DNA of 64,000 bases. Source: a virus. Where the stretch lies: the IMG/VR virus record IMGVR_UViG_3300032117_000009, positions 1 through 64,000 of that record. One strand, 5' to 3'. Shown piece by piece: positions 47,900 to 57,385 of the stretch. A program made the position numbers and the translations under genes. The notes beneath the pieces are model-generated. The model searched no databases. It was given only the letters and a program-made list of their open reading frames with translations, and had not been told where the DNA came from. Position 1 is the stretch's first letter, and each line of letters starts with the position of its first letter.

Positions 47900-49522
47900 T
47901 TAAAGTGTGATGAGGTAATCGTCTTTTAATACATCTTGCTTCGAAACCGAAGCGGTTCTTGTGGTACGGCCCATCTCTGGAACACGGTTAGCCTTTGAGT
48001 TAGCAACTCGCATGGTTTGGCGTGTTTTTACCGCTCCGGTTCGCTCCATCGTGTCAAGAGTCATAATTACACCCTCAATCTTTGATGCAGACATTTTTTC
48101 ATACTGAGCAATGTGCTTAGCACGCTCATCTCTGTTAACCATGCCAAGTCGCTCAAGTCGATCTACAAGGTTAACGGCTTTCAGAAGGCCTTCACGATTA
48201 GAAGCAGTCTTTTCTCTTTCTACTTCTTCTTCTTCAGATTCCATCTCACGCTTTGATTCAGCATCAGACTTCTTCTTGTCATCCTTCTTATTATCCTTTT
48301 TCTTGTTCCTTTTAGCAACAGGCTGGTAAGGAGCAAAAGCTGGGTTTGTAGCATCACCAGGCCAAGGAGTCTTGTTCTCGCTTTGCTGCGGTACAAAACC
48401 AGTTGAAGCACCATCGTTGTAGTATGGTGGAACATCGGCAAGCTGAAGTTGGTTAGGCTGAAGGTTAGGTACAACTACATTGTCAATAAAATCAGGTGTC
48501 ATAACTTCTTGACGAGATTCTGTAACATCGTCAAGATCCTGCACTTGTGTTGGACGAGAAGTCTCTTGGTTACCATTAGTAGCCAGCTTGCCTTCTAATT
48601 GATCATGTACAGCCTTTAAATTGTCAATAACATTGGCAATCTTTACAGACTTGCCTTCCTTAAGGTGTTTGAAAATTATACCTAGTCTACGGTCAATAGC
48701 GTAAACTCGCTTGTCATTTTTAGCAGCAGACTTAATAGCATTGTGAGCAGCCCACATAGCCTTATCTACTTCCTCAACGCTACCTCGCTCAGCAAGACCC
48801 TTTGCAGCTTGACGAACAAATTTAGCAGCAGCACGCTCACCAATAGGTTGTTCCTCAGCATAAATATCAGGCTCAGCAACAACACGATTGTCACCAGGTC
48901 CACCCATAACATCCATAGCATCCAAATCTTGCACATTAATGTTGCGTGCAGGCATTACGTCCTTCCATTGTGAAGGCACTGGTGGTGGTGCCATTGATGA
49001 TAGACCTAATGGACCATCAAGGTACATGTTCGATACTTGATCGTACTGAACACCAGGTACCATAGCCTCTCTTTTACGAGGCCGTAGTTCTTTATCAAAC
49101 CGGCTCATATTAGCTCCTTGCCTTTGCTGTGTTACAGCATCTAGTTGTTGCATCCTTTGCAAATCTCTTAACTTAAGTAATTCTTGCTCAAGTTCATTAA
49201 TTCTTGTGCTAGGATCATTTTCCGCAGAACTTACATCAGATGCTTGATCTGCTTCTTGGTCTTCAACAGCTTGCTCTGGGTCTTCCTCTTCTTGTTGTTG
49301 TGGAGGCCCAGCACCTGCAGGCTGCGGTTCATATTGTGGATCACGACCTTTTTTATCAGTATCGGGATTTTGGAAATCTTCTGGTGGAGCTTCATAACCA
49401 CAAGAATCACAAAGCATTCCATCAAATTCGGAACCACATACAGGGCATTGAGATTCATCACGCATTGTGTCAACATCAGCTGGCAAACGCATGATCTCCT
49501 TTGATACCCTTAAATTAGGCAT
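47900..49522 (-). CDS. capsid scaffolding protein with N-terminal Zn ribbon
   Basis: CPVCGS...CDSCGY, acidic and Gln-rich coils, located between protease and capsid genes. Confidence 0.6.
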   Translation of the reverse strand: MPNLRVSKEIMRLPADVDTMRDESQCPVCGSEFDGMLCDSCGYEAPPEDFQNPDTDKKGRDPQYEPQPAGAGPPQQQEEEDPEQAVEDQEADQASDVSSAENDPSTRINELEQELLKLRDLQRMQQLDAVTQQRQGANMSRFDKELRPRKREAMVPGVQYDQVSNMYLDGPLGLSSMAPPPVPSQWKDVMPARNINVQDLDAMDVMGGPGDNRVVAEPDIYAEEQPIGERAAAKFVRQAAKGLAERGSVEEVDKAMWAAHNAIKSAAKNDKRVYAIDRRLGIIFKHLKEGKSVKIANVIDNLKAVHDQLEGKLATNGNQETSRPTQVQDLDDVTESRQEVMTPDFIDNVVVPNLQPNQLQLADVPPYYNDGASTGFVPQQSENKTPWPGDATNPAFAPYQPVAKRNKKKDNKKDDKKKSDAESKREMESEEEEVEREKTASNREGLLKAVNLVDRLERLGMVNRDERAKHIAQYEKMSASKIEGVIMTLDTMERTGAVKTRQTMRVANSKANRVPEMGRTTRTASVSKQDVLKDDYLITL

Positions 49523-50174
49523 ATGGAACCATTTTCTTGTCTAGGAACCAGGCACTCTCATCTGCTGGGTCAAAAACACAGCTAAGTTCAAAGAAATTTG
49601 GATTGTGACAATTTTCCCAAACCAAAGCTTCTTTTCTGGAACCGTTCTTATAAATATCTAACCTCATGCCCTTCATATAAGGAAGGTGTTCGCAATAGTC
49701 ACGTTCGGTTTTAGCGTTATTGCCACATGCAGAACACGTAGTAGAGCCTACATCAGCACCCATGCTTACTCCAGGAATTTGACCACTCATAATTGCTTGG
49801 CCAAGTTTTGGAAAAGTATGAGAATCGATTTCCATCAAACAGTACACAGAACCATCTGTGTGCCCTGATGCAAGTCTTGTTTCTTTATAAAGAGCATCAA
49901 GCACAACTCCACGAGCCTCTTTTGGATCACTATTGTTGTGCTCTACAAAAACTGGACGACCTACAAAAGTTTTGTAAGCCTTTTTAAGTTCTCCTACTGG
50001 CCAGCCATCGTAATTAGCATTGACCCTAGAAGATATCGCCCTAGAAACTGCATAGAGATAGCCAGGACGCTCCTGGTAATCAAAATCCTTTAGTGTGATA
50101 GGATGAATTTTGACTTCCTCAGCTTTCTTGAGGAAGCCTCTACGTTCTAGAGTTGGTGCGCCGAATTTTATCAT
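49515..50174 (-). CDS. prohead (capsid maturation) protease
   Basis: VFVEHN (His), GVSMG (Ser), FELSCVFDPAD match the HK97 gp4/herpes assemblin-type fold motifs; internal Cys-rich insert. Confidence 0.78.
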   Translation of the reverse strand: MIKFGAPTLERRGFLKKAEEVKIHPITLKDFDYQERPGYLYAVSRAISSRVNANYDGWPVGELKKAYKTFVGRPVFVEHNNSDPKEARGVVLDALYKETRLASGHTDGSVYCLMEIDSHTFPKLGQAIMSGQIPGVSMGADVGSTTCSACGNNAKTERDYCEHLPYMKGMRLDIYKNGSRKEALVWENCHNPNFFELSCVFDPADESAWFLDKKMVPYA

Positions 50175-50235
50175 AATGATCTAACTCTAAATTTGAGTAA
50201 AGAGTTTAAATACATTCTTTTTGCAAAAGAAATAT

Positions 50236-50679
50236 TCAATGTTTATTTAAATTGACAGAATTCAAATGTCGTTCTAAACGATTGTCAATATCAATTATTT
50301 TTTTACTTAATTCTTCAAGTGTTTTGCCACTATTAGCAATAACTGGCATAACATCTGTACGCATAGTATTTACGTCACGATTTACAATTTTTACAGCATC
50401 TTTTAAAGATGAACCGGAATTATCTTGTACTTCATGCTCAAGTTTTTCAAGTGTGCTATCTTGTTTACAAAGGTGTTCCCGTATTTCTGTAAATTGATCA
50501 CGCATTGATGGGTATCCAACTTCTGGGACTCCCATAACTTGATCATGGATAGCTGATTGATTTTTTGCTATTTTAGCTATAGATCTTCCAACCCAAATAA
50601 GCAATGTGCCAAACGCAGTGGCAGTTGCATAAATCAAAATTGTTTCTAAAGTAGTATTGATAGATATAACAGATAACAT
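50236..50679 (-). CDS. membrane-anchored coiled-coil protein (possible lysis accessory)
   Basis: One N-terminal TM helix followed by a heptad-rich coil. Confidence 0.6.
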   Translation of the reverse strand: MLSVISINTTLETILIYATATAFGTLLIWVGRSIAKIAKNQSAIHDQVMGVPEVGYPSMRDQFTEIREHLCKQDSTLEKLEHEVQDNSGSSLKDAVKIVNRDVNTMRTDVMPVIANSGKTLEELSKKIIDIDNRLERHLNSVNLNKH

Positions 50680-50680
50680 T

Positions 50681-50848
50681 TTAATCTTCGTATATTGAAT
50701 CAGTAAGGTCTAAACGATCAAGATTGCGAGCTGTACCTGATTCTTTTATTACTTCATACTTTTGTATATCAGTAGATAACGAAGTTATACCAGAAGACCT
50801 GGTATTTGCTGTTAACAATCTTGGTTTTGAATCTAATAGTCTGCTCAT
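50681..50848 (-). CDS. small hypothetical protein (55 aa)
   Basis: AAGGA SD; MSRLLDSKPRLLTANT...DLTDSIYED; below track cutoff. Confidence 0.55.
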   Translation of the reverse strand: MSRLLDSKPRLLTANTRSSGITSLSTDIQKYEVIKESGTARNLDRLDLTDSIYED

Positions 50849-50878
50849 ATCATTCCTTATAATACTTAATAAAAAAAA

Positions 50879-53800
50879 TTACATCTTTCCTTCATCATTT
50901 TGAAAATCTAAACCAGCACCAGTGTTACCATATCCAACTTCACCATCATCAGCAACACCATGCTGCATAGCTTCATTCGCAGCTTCATTATCGCTACCAA
51001 CTGCATTTGCAACACGATAATTTTCTTCAAAATCTTCTAAATTAAACTTTTCGTATTGGCTATCTGTAACAATTTTCATACCTTTTATTATTGTCATTTT
51101 ACGACGAAGTTGCTGCTCTTTAGGAACACCAAAATACATACGACCACCATATTCAGCTACATAACCATCATTATTAGATGCAGTTTTTGTAGAGGCGGTT
51201 TTAAAATCAACAGAATTTCTTTCTCCACAATTAGGGCATGGATTATTTAAAGTTTTCCCAACGAGTGAATCTTTATCAAGATCATCATAATCGCCTAACC
51301 AATCACAGGAAGAGCATTCAACTGGATTATCGTAGATATCAAAATCATAATCGCCATTGTTAAAATCATCATCATATTCATATGAAGAACCAGTTACAGA
51401 AGATTTCTTTGTTTTCTTTGTATCTGTTTTCTTTTTCGTTGGCTTCTTAGGTTGTGATTTCTTTTGATCATCAGATTCTGCTGGGCGCTGCGGTGGAATC
51501 ATACCTGGCATAAGGAACGGGCCTACCATGCTATCTGCATCAGCTTGCGTACCAGGAGTAAGAATATTAGGTGCTGATGGTTGTGATGTTATGTCAGCAA
51601 TGCCTTGTGGTGACATTTGTGCAATCATTTCAGGATTTTCTTGCTGCATATTGTATGCCATGAACTCTTGATAGTATTCAGGAGGAATAGGAAGTTCAAG
51701 AGCAATAAGACGCTCAAAGAGATCTTTTTTAAACCTTTGCTCAGCAACAACAGTTTGAAGTTTTTCTTCTGTCTTAGCTTCAATTTCATCTTTAAATTCA
51801 ATAGGAATATTGATAGCCATAGTTTTAAGAGAAACAGGAAAACCTTGACCAGCAAGCTCCATAACAAATTGACGCTCTACCTGCTCATCTCTTAAGTTCA
51901 TAGATTTAAACTGAACATCAGGGATGGCAAGTTTTGGACGCTCTTCTACGTACTCTTCTCCAGTTTCTTCATTTACAAGAAGAACTGTTTCCATGACAGG
52001 AATTCGAGCATTGCCAACTTTACGATATTCATAATGTCCTTGACGTTCAGCAACAGGACGCATACGTTCTTGAACAAATCTTGCAATCTTCTTCTGGTAT
52101 GTTGTGAGCATGTTAGTAATAAGCTCACGGTTAAGGGCACCAGAGGCATATGGGGCACCGCTCTTACCACCTTGCAGAAGTTCAGCACCAATACCGAACA
52201 CTTGCATAACCTTAGACTCAACACGTAAGAAGTCCTGGTCAAGACGAGGCATAGCTTCTCTACCGAATGCATTCTTAATATCAAGTCCATGGTGATAAGT
52301 CATCAAACGGAAGTCTGAATTGATAGCAAGTGCTAGGTCATCACGAAGTTGTTGAAGCTCAGTAGCGTCAGGAATCCAGGGTCCATCCTCGTCTACGTCT
52401 GGAAGACCAAGGGTAGCAAGAATAAGTGGTGAATATAACCTATCAGCAATAGCGTCTTGAGCAGCATTAAGCGATTCTTCAAGCATAAGCATACGGAAAG
52501 CACGAAGAAGAATTGGGCTACCGTGTTCTGACCATGGGTTAGTATTGTGCGTTACTAACCCAGCAGTTATGTGGGTGTGATAGTCGGCAATACCAATTGC
52601 CATAGTTTCTTCATCTTGTCCTAGCTCAATTTTTATAATTGAATCATAGGGGAAGTTGGATGGACGAGTATTTTTAACCGGAATTTCATCTGGAATGGCT
52701 TTTCTATTGCAAAGGGGTTTAACAAAGCTAGCGAGAATAGACTTTGACTCTTTTTTGCCAACTATTAAGCGATAACCATAGCCAGAATCTGGAGCATAAT
52801 CATATTTTGGAACATCATAGATTCTTGACTCTACGCCTAAGAAAGAAAGAAGTATTTGACAATCTTCAAGCAAAGGACGATTCATACTTGTCCAAACAAC
52901 CATGCCGTTTGAATCTACGTGGCCATCTGTGTCAAAATATCCTGCTAGGAATTCTGACCAAAATTCTTTTCCACCTTCCCAAACAAATGCAGGGACTCTC
53001 TTTGTGTGCGTTGTTTGTCCTCTAACTCCACAATCTACAAGTAGTTGTTTGATTAGATTTGGATTTTTAGTTTTTTCTCCCTGAGAAACAATCCATGAAA
53101 TTTTTGTAGATCCAGCTTGTGAAAGCTTGCAACCATAGGAAGCAACAAACTTATTCATCCAATCAATATTTTCTTGATCTTCATTATGGAACATAATTGT
53201 CTTATGCCCATAACTACCATCGCCAACCATCATTCCAAGGAATCTAGCAATGTCTTTTTCTTCATTGTTGTTTTCTTTATTAGAATAATTGTGTCCAACC
53301 AAAAGGTTTGTTCCAATAGTAAGATCAGAAGCTTCGACCCAACCATTTTCAGTAAGAAATGGGTGCTCTGAGTTAACACCAATCCTTCTACCTTGTTTTG
53401 TTGTAATCCAATAAATTGGCTCTGGATCGTTTATCCCCTGATGACTTACAGTGCTATGTACAATCTTATTGGCAGTCTCATCCCATGCAAGAACTTCATC
53501 GCCAACAGCAAGGTCCTGAGCTTTAATTGGACCAGATGGAGTCATGATATCAGTAGACCCAACAACACATTTAAATTTAATCTGTTTCATAAGAACATCA
53601 GAAACAGGAATTTCTTTATCCTGTCGTGCCCAGGCTACAACATCTGGGTAAAGTTGCATAAGTGCTGCATACTCTGGAGCAGGATCACGAGTATCAATAA
53701 GCTTCTTGATTTCATCAGGCACCTTGATGTGATACTGATAAGTTCTAAGTGCTCTATTCTTAGCTACAATAACGTCATTTGGGTTAATAATCTCGTCATC

Positions 53801-54400
53801 TTCCCAGGCACCAATACCATCGTGCCAAGAACCCATAGCAAAAGCTTCACCTACGGTCCAATGCTCACGGCCAAGGTCAAAAAGGAATTCGTCATAATCA
53901 AGACCATCAAAGAAAAGTTCTTGATAAAAATCAGCAATTTTTGGGTCTTGGTGAGTGAATTCAATATCTAGAAGTGGAAAACGAGTATAGATATCAATAA
54001 GCGAAGGTACGAGATAGTGAGTCGTGTACATAAGACGAGTCCAGTCACGAATCTTCTGAATCTGCTCGTCGGGGTCCTCCATGTTGAACCACCAAGTACG
54101 CTCACGCCAATACTCGAAAGGATCGTGGAGCTTAGGCCATGCCCATTGAGCATCGGTTCCCATAGCAGCACCTGTACGTCTGCCCATACCTTCCATATTG
54201 CGAGCAGATTGCTCATCAAATTGAGAAGATGCAGTTCTACCATCAAGGCGTTTTCTAGCTCTTGATTCAGAAGATTGCTGATTCATCACATCTTGTTTAA
54301 AAGATCCAGGAAGAATGAGCTTTTTAGCAGCAGCTCTTGATGCAGCTGCTTTGCGAATAGGTTCCCTTGGTAGGGTCAAGCCCTCGCCGTTATTAGCCAT
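50879..54400 (-). CDS. portal protein (1173-aa precursor; 831 aa after intein removal)
   Basis: Head-gene position; IDIYTRFPL, IINP, PWSEHGSPILLRAFR...ADRLYSPL resemble portal-family segments. Confidence 0.75.
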   Translation of the reverse strand: MANNGEGLTLPREPIRKAAASRAAAKKLILPGSFKQDVMNQQSSESRARKRLDGRTASSQFDEQSARNMEGMGRRTGAAMGTDAQWAWPKLHDPFEYWRERTWWFNMEDPDEQIQKIRDWTRLMYTTHYLVPSLIDIYTRFPLLDIEFTHQDPKIADFYQELFFDGLDYDEFLFDLGREHWTVGEAFAMGSWHDGIGAWEDDEIINPNDVIVAKNRALRTYQYHIKVPDEIKKLIDTRDPAPEYAALMQLYPDVVAWARQDKEIPVSDVLMKQIKFKCVVGSTDIMTPSGPIKAQDLAVGDEVLAWDETANKIVHSTVSHQGINDPEPIYWITTKQGRRIGVNSEHPFLTENGWVEASDLTIGTNLLVGHNYSNKENNNEEKDIARFLGMMVGDGSYGHKTIMFHNEDQENIDWMNKFVASYGCKLSQAGSTKISWIVSQGEKTKNPNLIKQLLVDCGVRGQTTHTKRVPAFVWEGGKEFWSEFLAGYFDTDGHVDSNGMVVWTSMNRPLLEDCQILLSFLGVESRIYDVPKYDYAPDSGYGYRLIVGKKESKSILASFVKPLCNRKAIPDEIPVKNTRPSNFPYDSIIKIELGQDEETMAIGIADYHTHITAGLVTHNTNPWSEHGSPILLRAFRMLMLEESLNAAQDAIADRLYSPLILATLGLPDVDEDGPWIPDATELQQLRDDLALAINSDFRLMTYHHGLDIKNAFGREAMPRLDQDFLRVESKVMQVFGIGAELLQGGKSGAPYASGALNRELITNMLTTYQKKIARFVQERMRPVAERQGHYEYRKVGNARIPVMETVLLVNEETGEEYVEERPKLAIPDVQFKSMNLRDEQVERQFVMELAGQGFPVSLKTMAINIPIEFKDEIEAKTEEKLQTVVAEQRFKKDLFERLIALELPIPPEYYQEFMAYNMQQENPEMIAQMSPQGIADITSQPSAPNILTPGTQADADSMVGPFLMPGMIPPQRPAESDDQKKSQPKKPTKKKTDTKKTKKSSVTGSSYEYDDDFNNGDYDFDIYDNPVECSSCDWLGDYDDLDKDSLVGKTLNNPCPNCGERNSVDFKTASTKTASNNDGYVAEYGGRMYFGVPKEQQLRRKMTIIKGMKIVTDSQYEKFNLEDFEENYRVANAVGSDNEAANEAMQHGVADDGEVGYGNTGAGLDFQNDEGKM
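52544..53569 (-). mobile_element. class 1 intein (342 aa) with LAGLIDADG homing endonuclease
   Basis: N-terminus K|CVVGSTDI, block B VNSEHPFLT, FLGMMVGDGS and FLAGYFDTDG motifs, C-terminus VTHN|T. Confidence 0.95.
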
Positions 54401-54414
54401 GGTCTACTTTCTTA

Positions 54415-54597
54415 TTAGTGATTGCAACTTGGGCAATACCCTTCAGCATACGGTGGGACTTCTGATCCACAATTACCGCACAATGAAGGAGCTCCAGAAA
54501 TGTGGATTCCACCTTCTATTGTATTACCTGAAAGAGTCCAATTTGTTGCTAATTTTCTTTTTGCTGATTGTCTAATATTTTGCTGACGATCTGCCAT
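54415..54597 (-). CDS. small Zn-ribbon protein (60 aa)
   Basis: CGNCG...CPSCN; coupled to the upstream gene by a TAATG overlap. Confidence 0.6.
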   Translation of the reverse strand: MADRQQNIRQSAKRKLATNWTLSGNTIEGGIHISGAPSLCGNCGSEVPPYAEGYCPSCNH

Positions 54598-55328
54598 TAC
54601 ATTTGACCCCCTGGAGTAAACATCTCTTCAATTTCTGTCTGGTTATAGCCAGTATTACCAGTATTACCAACCCAGCTTGTTTCTCTACCAAATGGCTTGC
54701 TAGAGTTAACAACAAGGTTTGGTTGACCAAGGCGACCATTGACAGCGTTGGCATTAGCAGCCATGCGCTCAGCAGAAAGGTCTACAAACATGTTTGCTAC
54801 TGACCAATCAATAATTCCACCATCATTAGCTGTTGTAGAAGTTAAAGTAGCTTGAAGGCGGTATGAAGGAACCATATAGTCAGATGTTACTTGAAGAATT
54901 GAATCTTTATCTGAAACGCTTACTACTAGAGGGCTGCCAATACTAATCCAGTCATTAGCATCAGAAGCAAATCTTTTAAAAGATCCTTGAAGCTGGACAG
55001 ATGCGGTTCCTACCCAACTTGGTTCTGGATTCAGGTTGATGGTAATAGAGCCAATATCATTACCGCCAGTTCCTGATCCAAGAGAGAACCTGCAAGAAGT
55101 GCTGTAGATCCACTGAGGATTTGTTCCAGCAGTATAATTAAGGAACATTCCAGGGACAACGTTACCCTGTTTAAAAGTTCTTTGTGGGAAAGAACCGCTA
55201 CCAACAGTCAATGTAGAGTTTGGCGCATTGACATTAATAAAATTGTAAGTAGCTCCGTATCCACTATATCCATTTGCTGGTATTCCTGCTATGTAGGCAC
55301 CTTGTCCTACTCCTGAAGCAAATTGCAT
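54597..55328 (-). CDS. hypothetical head-region protein (243 aa)
   Basis: AGGAG SD; beta-rich. Confidence 0.7.
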   Translation of the reverse strand: MQFASGVGQGAYIAGIPANGYSGYGATYNFINVNAPNSTLTVGSGSFPQRTFKQGNVVPGMFLNYTAGTNPQWIYSTSCRFSLGSGTGGNDIGSITINLNPEPSWVGTASVQLQGSFKRFASDANDWISIGSPLVVSVSDKDSILQVTSDYMVPSYRLQATLTSTTANDGGIIDWSVANMFVDLSAERMAANANAVNGRLGQPNLVVNSSKPFGRETSWVGNTGNTGYNQTEIEEMFTPGGQM

Positions 55329-55342
55329 AATATTTCTCCTAT

Positions 55343-55918
55343 TTAGACCTCAGCGTTAAATTTGAATTCTCCGCTAAGGACCTTTAACGCATGATTAGCA
55401 AGGTCTTCGTCGGAAAAATCTTTTGAAGATTCTTGTGGTTTAATAATACCATCAAACATTTTATCAAATTGTTGTTCAGATGTTATAACTGGTTTTTCTA
55501 TTACTGGTGGTGCTTGAACTTGAGAAATAATTTCTGGAACTTCAATTTCTGCAACTTCTTCTTTTAATTCTTCAATTATTGAATATAATTGTTGAATTTT
55601 TAAGTTTGTCGTTTTTATATAATTTTTGATAGAATCAAATTCATTCTTACCGTAATATTTTTTTAAATAATCTACGCAAATTTGCCATACAAATGGTAAA
55701 TCTTCTTTTAAACCGTTAAGGTAAATAAGATCACCATCTGGTCTTACTTTAAATTCAAATTCACGGCCCTCGGAATCTAATAAAACTCCAGTAATTTCTT
55801 TTGGCGTTGTTTTGAACTCAACAATGTCAACTATACCGCAAATATTTGCATATTCTTTTTTTGGAATTTCTTCCGTTTTGTTAATTCGTTGGGTTTTTGA
55901 AAACCAGTTGATAATCAC
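55343..55918 (-). CDS. hypothetical protein (191 aa)
   Basis: GTG start with GGAG; central coiled coil. Confidence 0.6.
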   Translation of the reverse strand: MIINWFSKTQRINKTEEIPKKEYANICGIVDIVEFKTTPKEITGVLLDSEGREFEFKVRPDGDLIYLNGLKEDLPFVWQICVDYLKKYYGKNEFDSIKNYIKTTNLKIQQLYSIIEELKEEVAEIEVPEIISQVQAPPVIEKPVITSEQQFDKMFDGIIKPQESSKDFSDEDLANHALKVLSGEFKFNAEV

Positions 55919-56372
55919 TCTTCTTCTCCATTGAGGCCTTGCGGTCCTCCCAGACTACACAGAATTCTTTTTCTCCAACTACAAGGACAGAACCCTGTAC
56001 TTTGTTACCTTTTTTATTAGCAAAAATAACTTTTGCACCAGCAATTGTTGGAGATTTTGTAGAAGCAACAACGACCATCTGAATATCTTTTCGAGCTTGA
56101 CGCTTACGAAAACCTGAAGCTTGAGCAGCAGTTCTCATATATGGAGCAGTTTGCTGAGCTGGGTTTTCATATGGATTTTCATGCTTATTGCTGTAGTTAT
56201 CACGATCAATTTCAGCAGCCCAAGCAGCACGAGAATCGTCTACAGTTTGACGATTTTGTTGAGCGTCATTTTGTACAGTGTTCATGTAATCATATGGCAT
56301 TGGTGAACCTGGAAGGGCAAAGTCTGCAGCAACATCACCGGCACTAAAGTCTTCTGTTGTGTAGTTATCCAT
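55881..56372 (-). CDS. hypothetical head-region protein (163 aa)
   Basis: AAGGAG SD; C-terminal SH3-like beta segment (KVQGSVLVVGEKEFCVVWED). Confidence 0.7.
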   Translation of the reverse strand: MDNYTTEDFSAGDVAADFALPGSPMPYDYMNTVQNDAQQNRQTVDDSRAAWAAEIDRDNYSNKHENPYENPAQQTAPYMRTAAQASGFRKRQARKDIQMVVVASTKSPTIAGAKVIFANKKGNKVQGSVLVVGEKEFCVVWEDRKASMEKKSDYQLVFKNPTN

Positions 56373-56480
56373 GATTATTTCTCCTTAAATAAAATCTATA
56401 CCAAATTGGTTAATCAATGCAATGAATCTATTCATTATTTTGATTGCACTTCTTATATCTATTTCTAGCAATATTAACAG

Positions 56481-57383
56481 TTACCATTCTATTTTATGAC
56501 TTGATACCATTGTACCATGTTCATAATCTGCAACTGGGTGGTCATGATCGCATGCATAAGCTCCATGTTTATGAGCTTCATCATAAACTTTTAAAAGGTC
56601 TTTTTCATTATAACCTTGAAGCCAATTGTTTCTAAATCCATGATGATTAATGAGATGATTTTTCAAACTTTCGTATGAAGCATGTTTATGAGATCTAGGA
56701 TAAATACCATCGCCATTACTATCAAGACCATTAACTTGTTCTCTTGTCATATTTCTTGGTGGTCTAAATGATCTTGGAGCATTTATTATTGTGTGCAAAT
56801 CTTCTGCAACATCTGGGGTTAATGCAGACTGATCGTTTGCTTGAAGCATGCTAGCATCTTCATAAGTATCTTGCGTAGTCATGCCAGGGCTTTTTGCAAT
56901 TTTTAATTTACCTTTATTACAATTAGGACAAGTTTCTCCAACGCCACCAAAAAAATCTGTTTCGTCGTCATCACCAGGATCTAATTCTTCTCCACATTGA
57001 TCACATTCTAAATCTATAGATGGAGCAGCTTTATAAACCCTTGCAGAAACAGAAAAACCATTTTCTTCTCCAAGAATTTCTCCATTATCAGAGCATCTTG
57101 GACAATATATTAAAGTATCGCCACTTTGTGTATGTGGGTACCCTTGCGATGAAGGAAAAGAACTATGGCAACCGGCACAATAAGATGTTGAAGATTCTTT
57201 TTTATTTTTTCTTTCCCAACCCATTCTTTTATAAAGGTCGTCAAGAATAATATCTCTTGTCCTTGGAACATGAACATCATCCTGTTGACCAGGGCAATAT
57301 GTTGTTCCACGACTATCAACCCAGTCTTCATTATCATTTGGGTAAATGCTGTCACCACAATGCCAGCAAATAGCTTTTTCCAT
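56481..57383 (-). CDS. multi-module Cys/His-rich protein (300 aa)
   Basis: Three CxxC...C(xxC) modules plus a His/Cys C-terminal module separated by basic-x-Ala/Ser linkers. Confidence 0.7.
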   Translation of the reverse strand: MEKAICWHCGDSIYPNDNEDWVDSRGTTYCPGQQDDVHVPRTRDIILDDLYKRMGWERKNKKESSTSYCAGCHSSFPSSQGYPHTQSGDTLIYCPRCSDNGEILGEENGFSVSARVYKAAPSIDLECDQCGEELDPGDDDETDFFGGVGETCPNCNKGKLKIAKSPGMTTQDTYEDASMLQANDQSALTPDVAEDLHTIINAPRSFRPPRNMTREQVNGLDSNGDGIYPRSHKHASYESLKNHLINHHGFRNNWLQGYNEKDLLKVYDEAHKHGAYACDHDHPVADYEHGTMVSSHKIEW

Positions 57384-57385
57384 GT

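Noticed and set aside
49490-49540. Programmed frameshift fusing protease and scaffold
   Set aside because: The 8-nt overlap fits translational coupling and no slippery heptamer is present at the junction.
46732-53971. Long plus-strand ORFs such as 46732..47250, 53393..53971 and 9637..10128
   Set aside because: They are antisense shadows of biased-codon genes, with no SD and no recognisable motifs.
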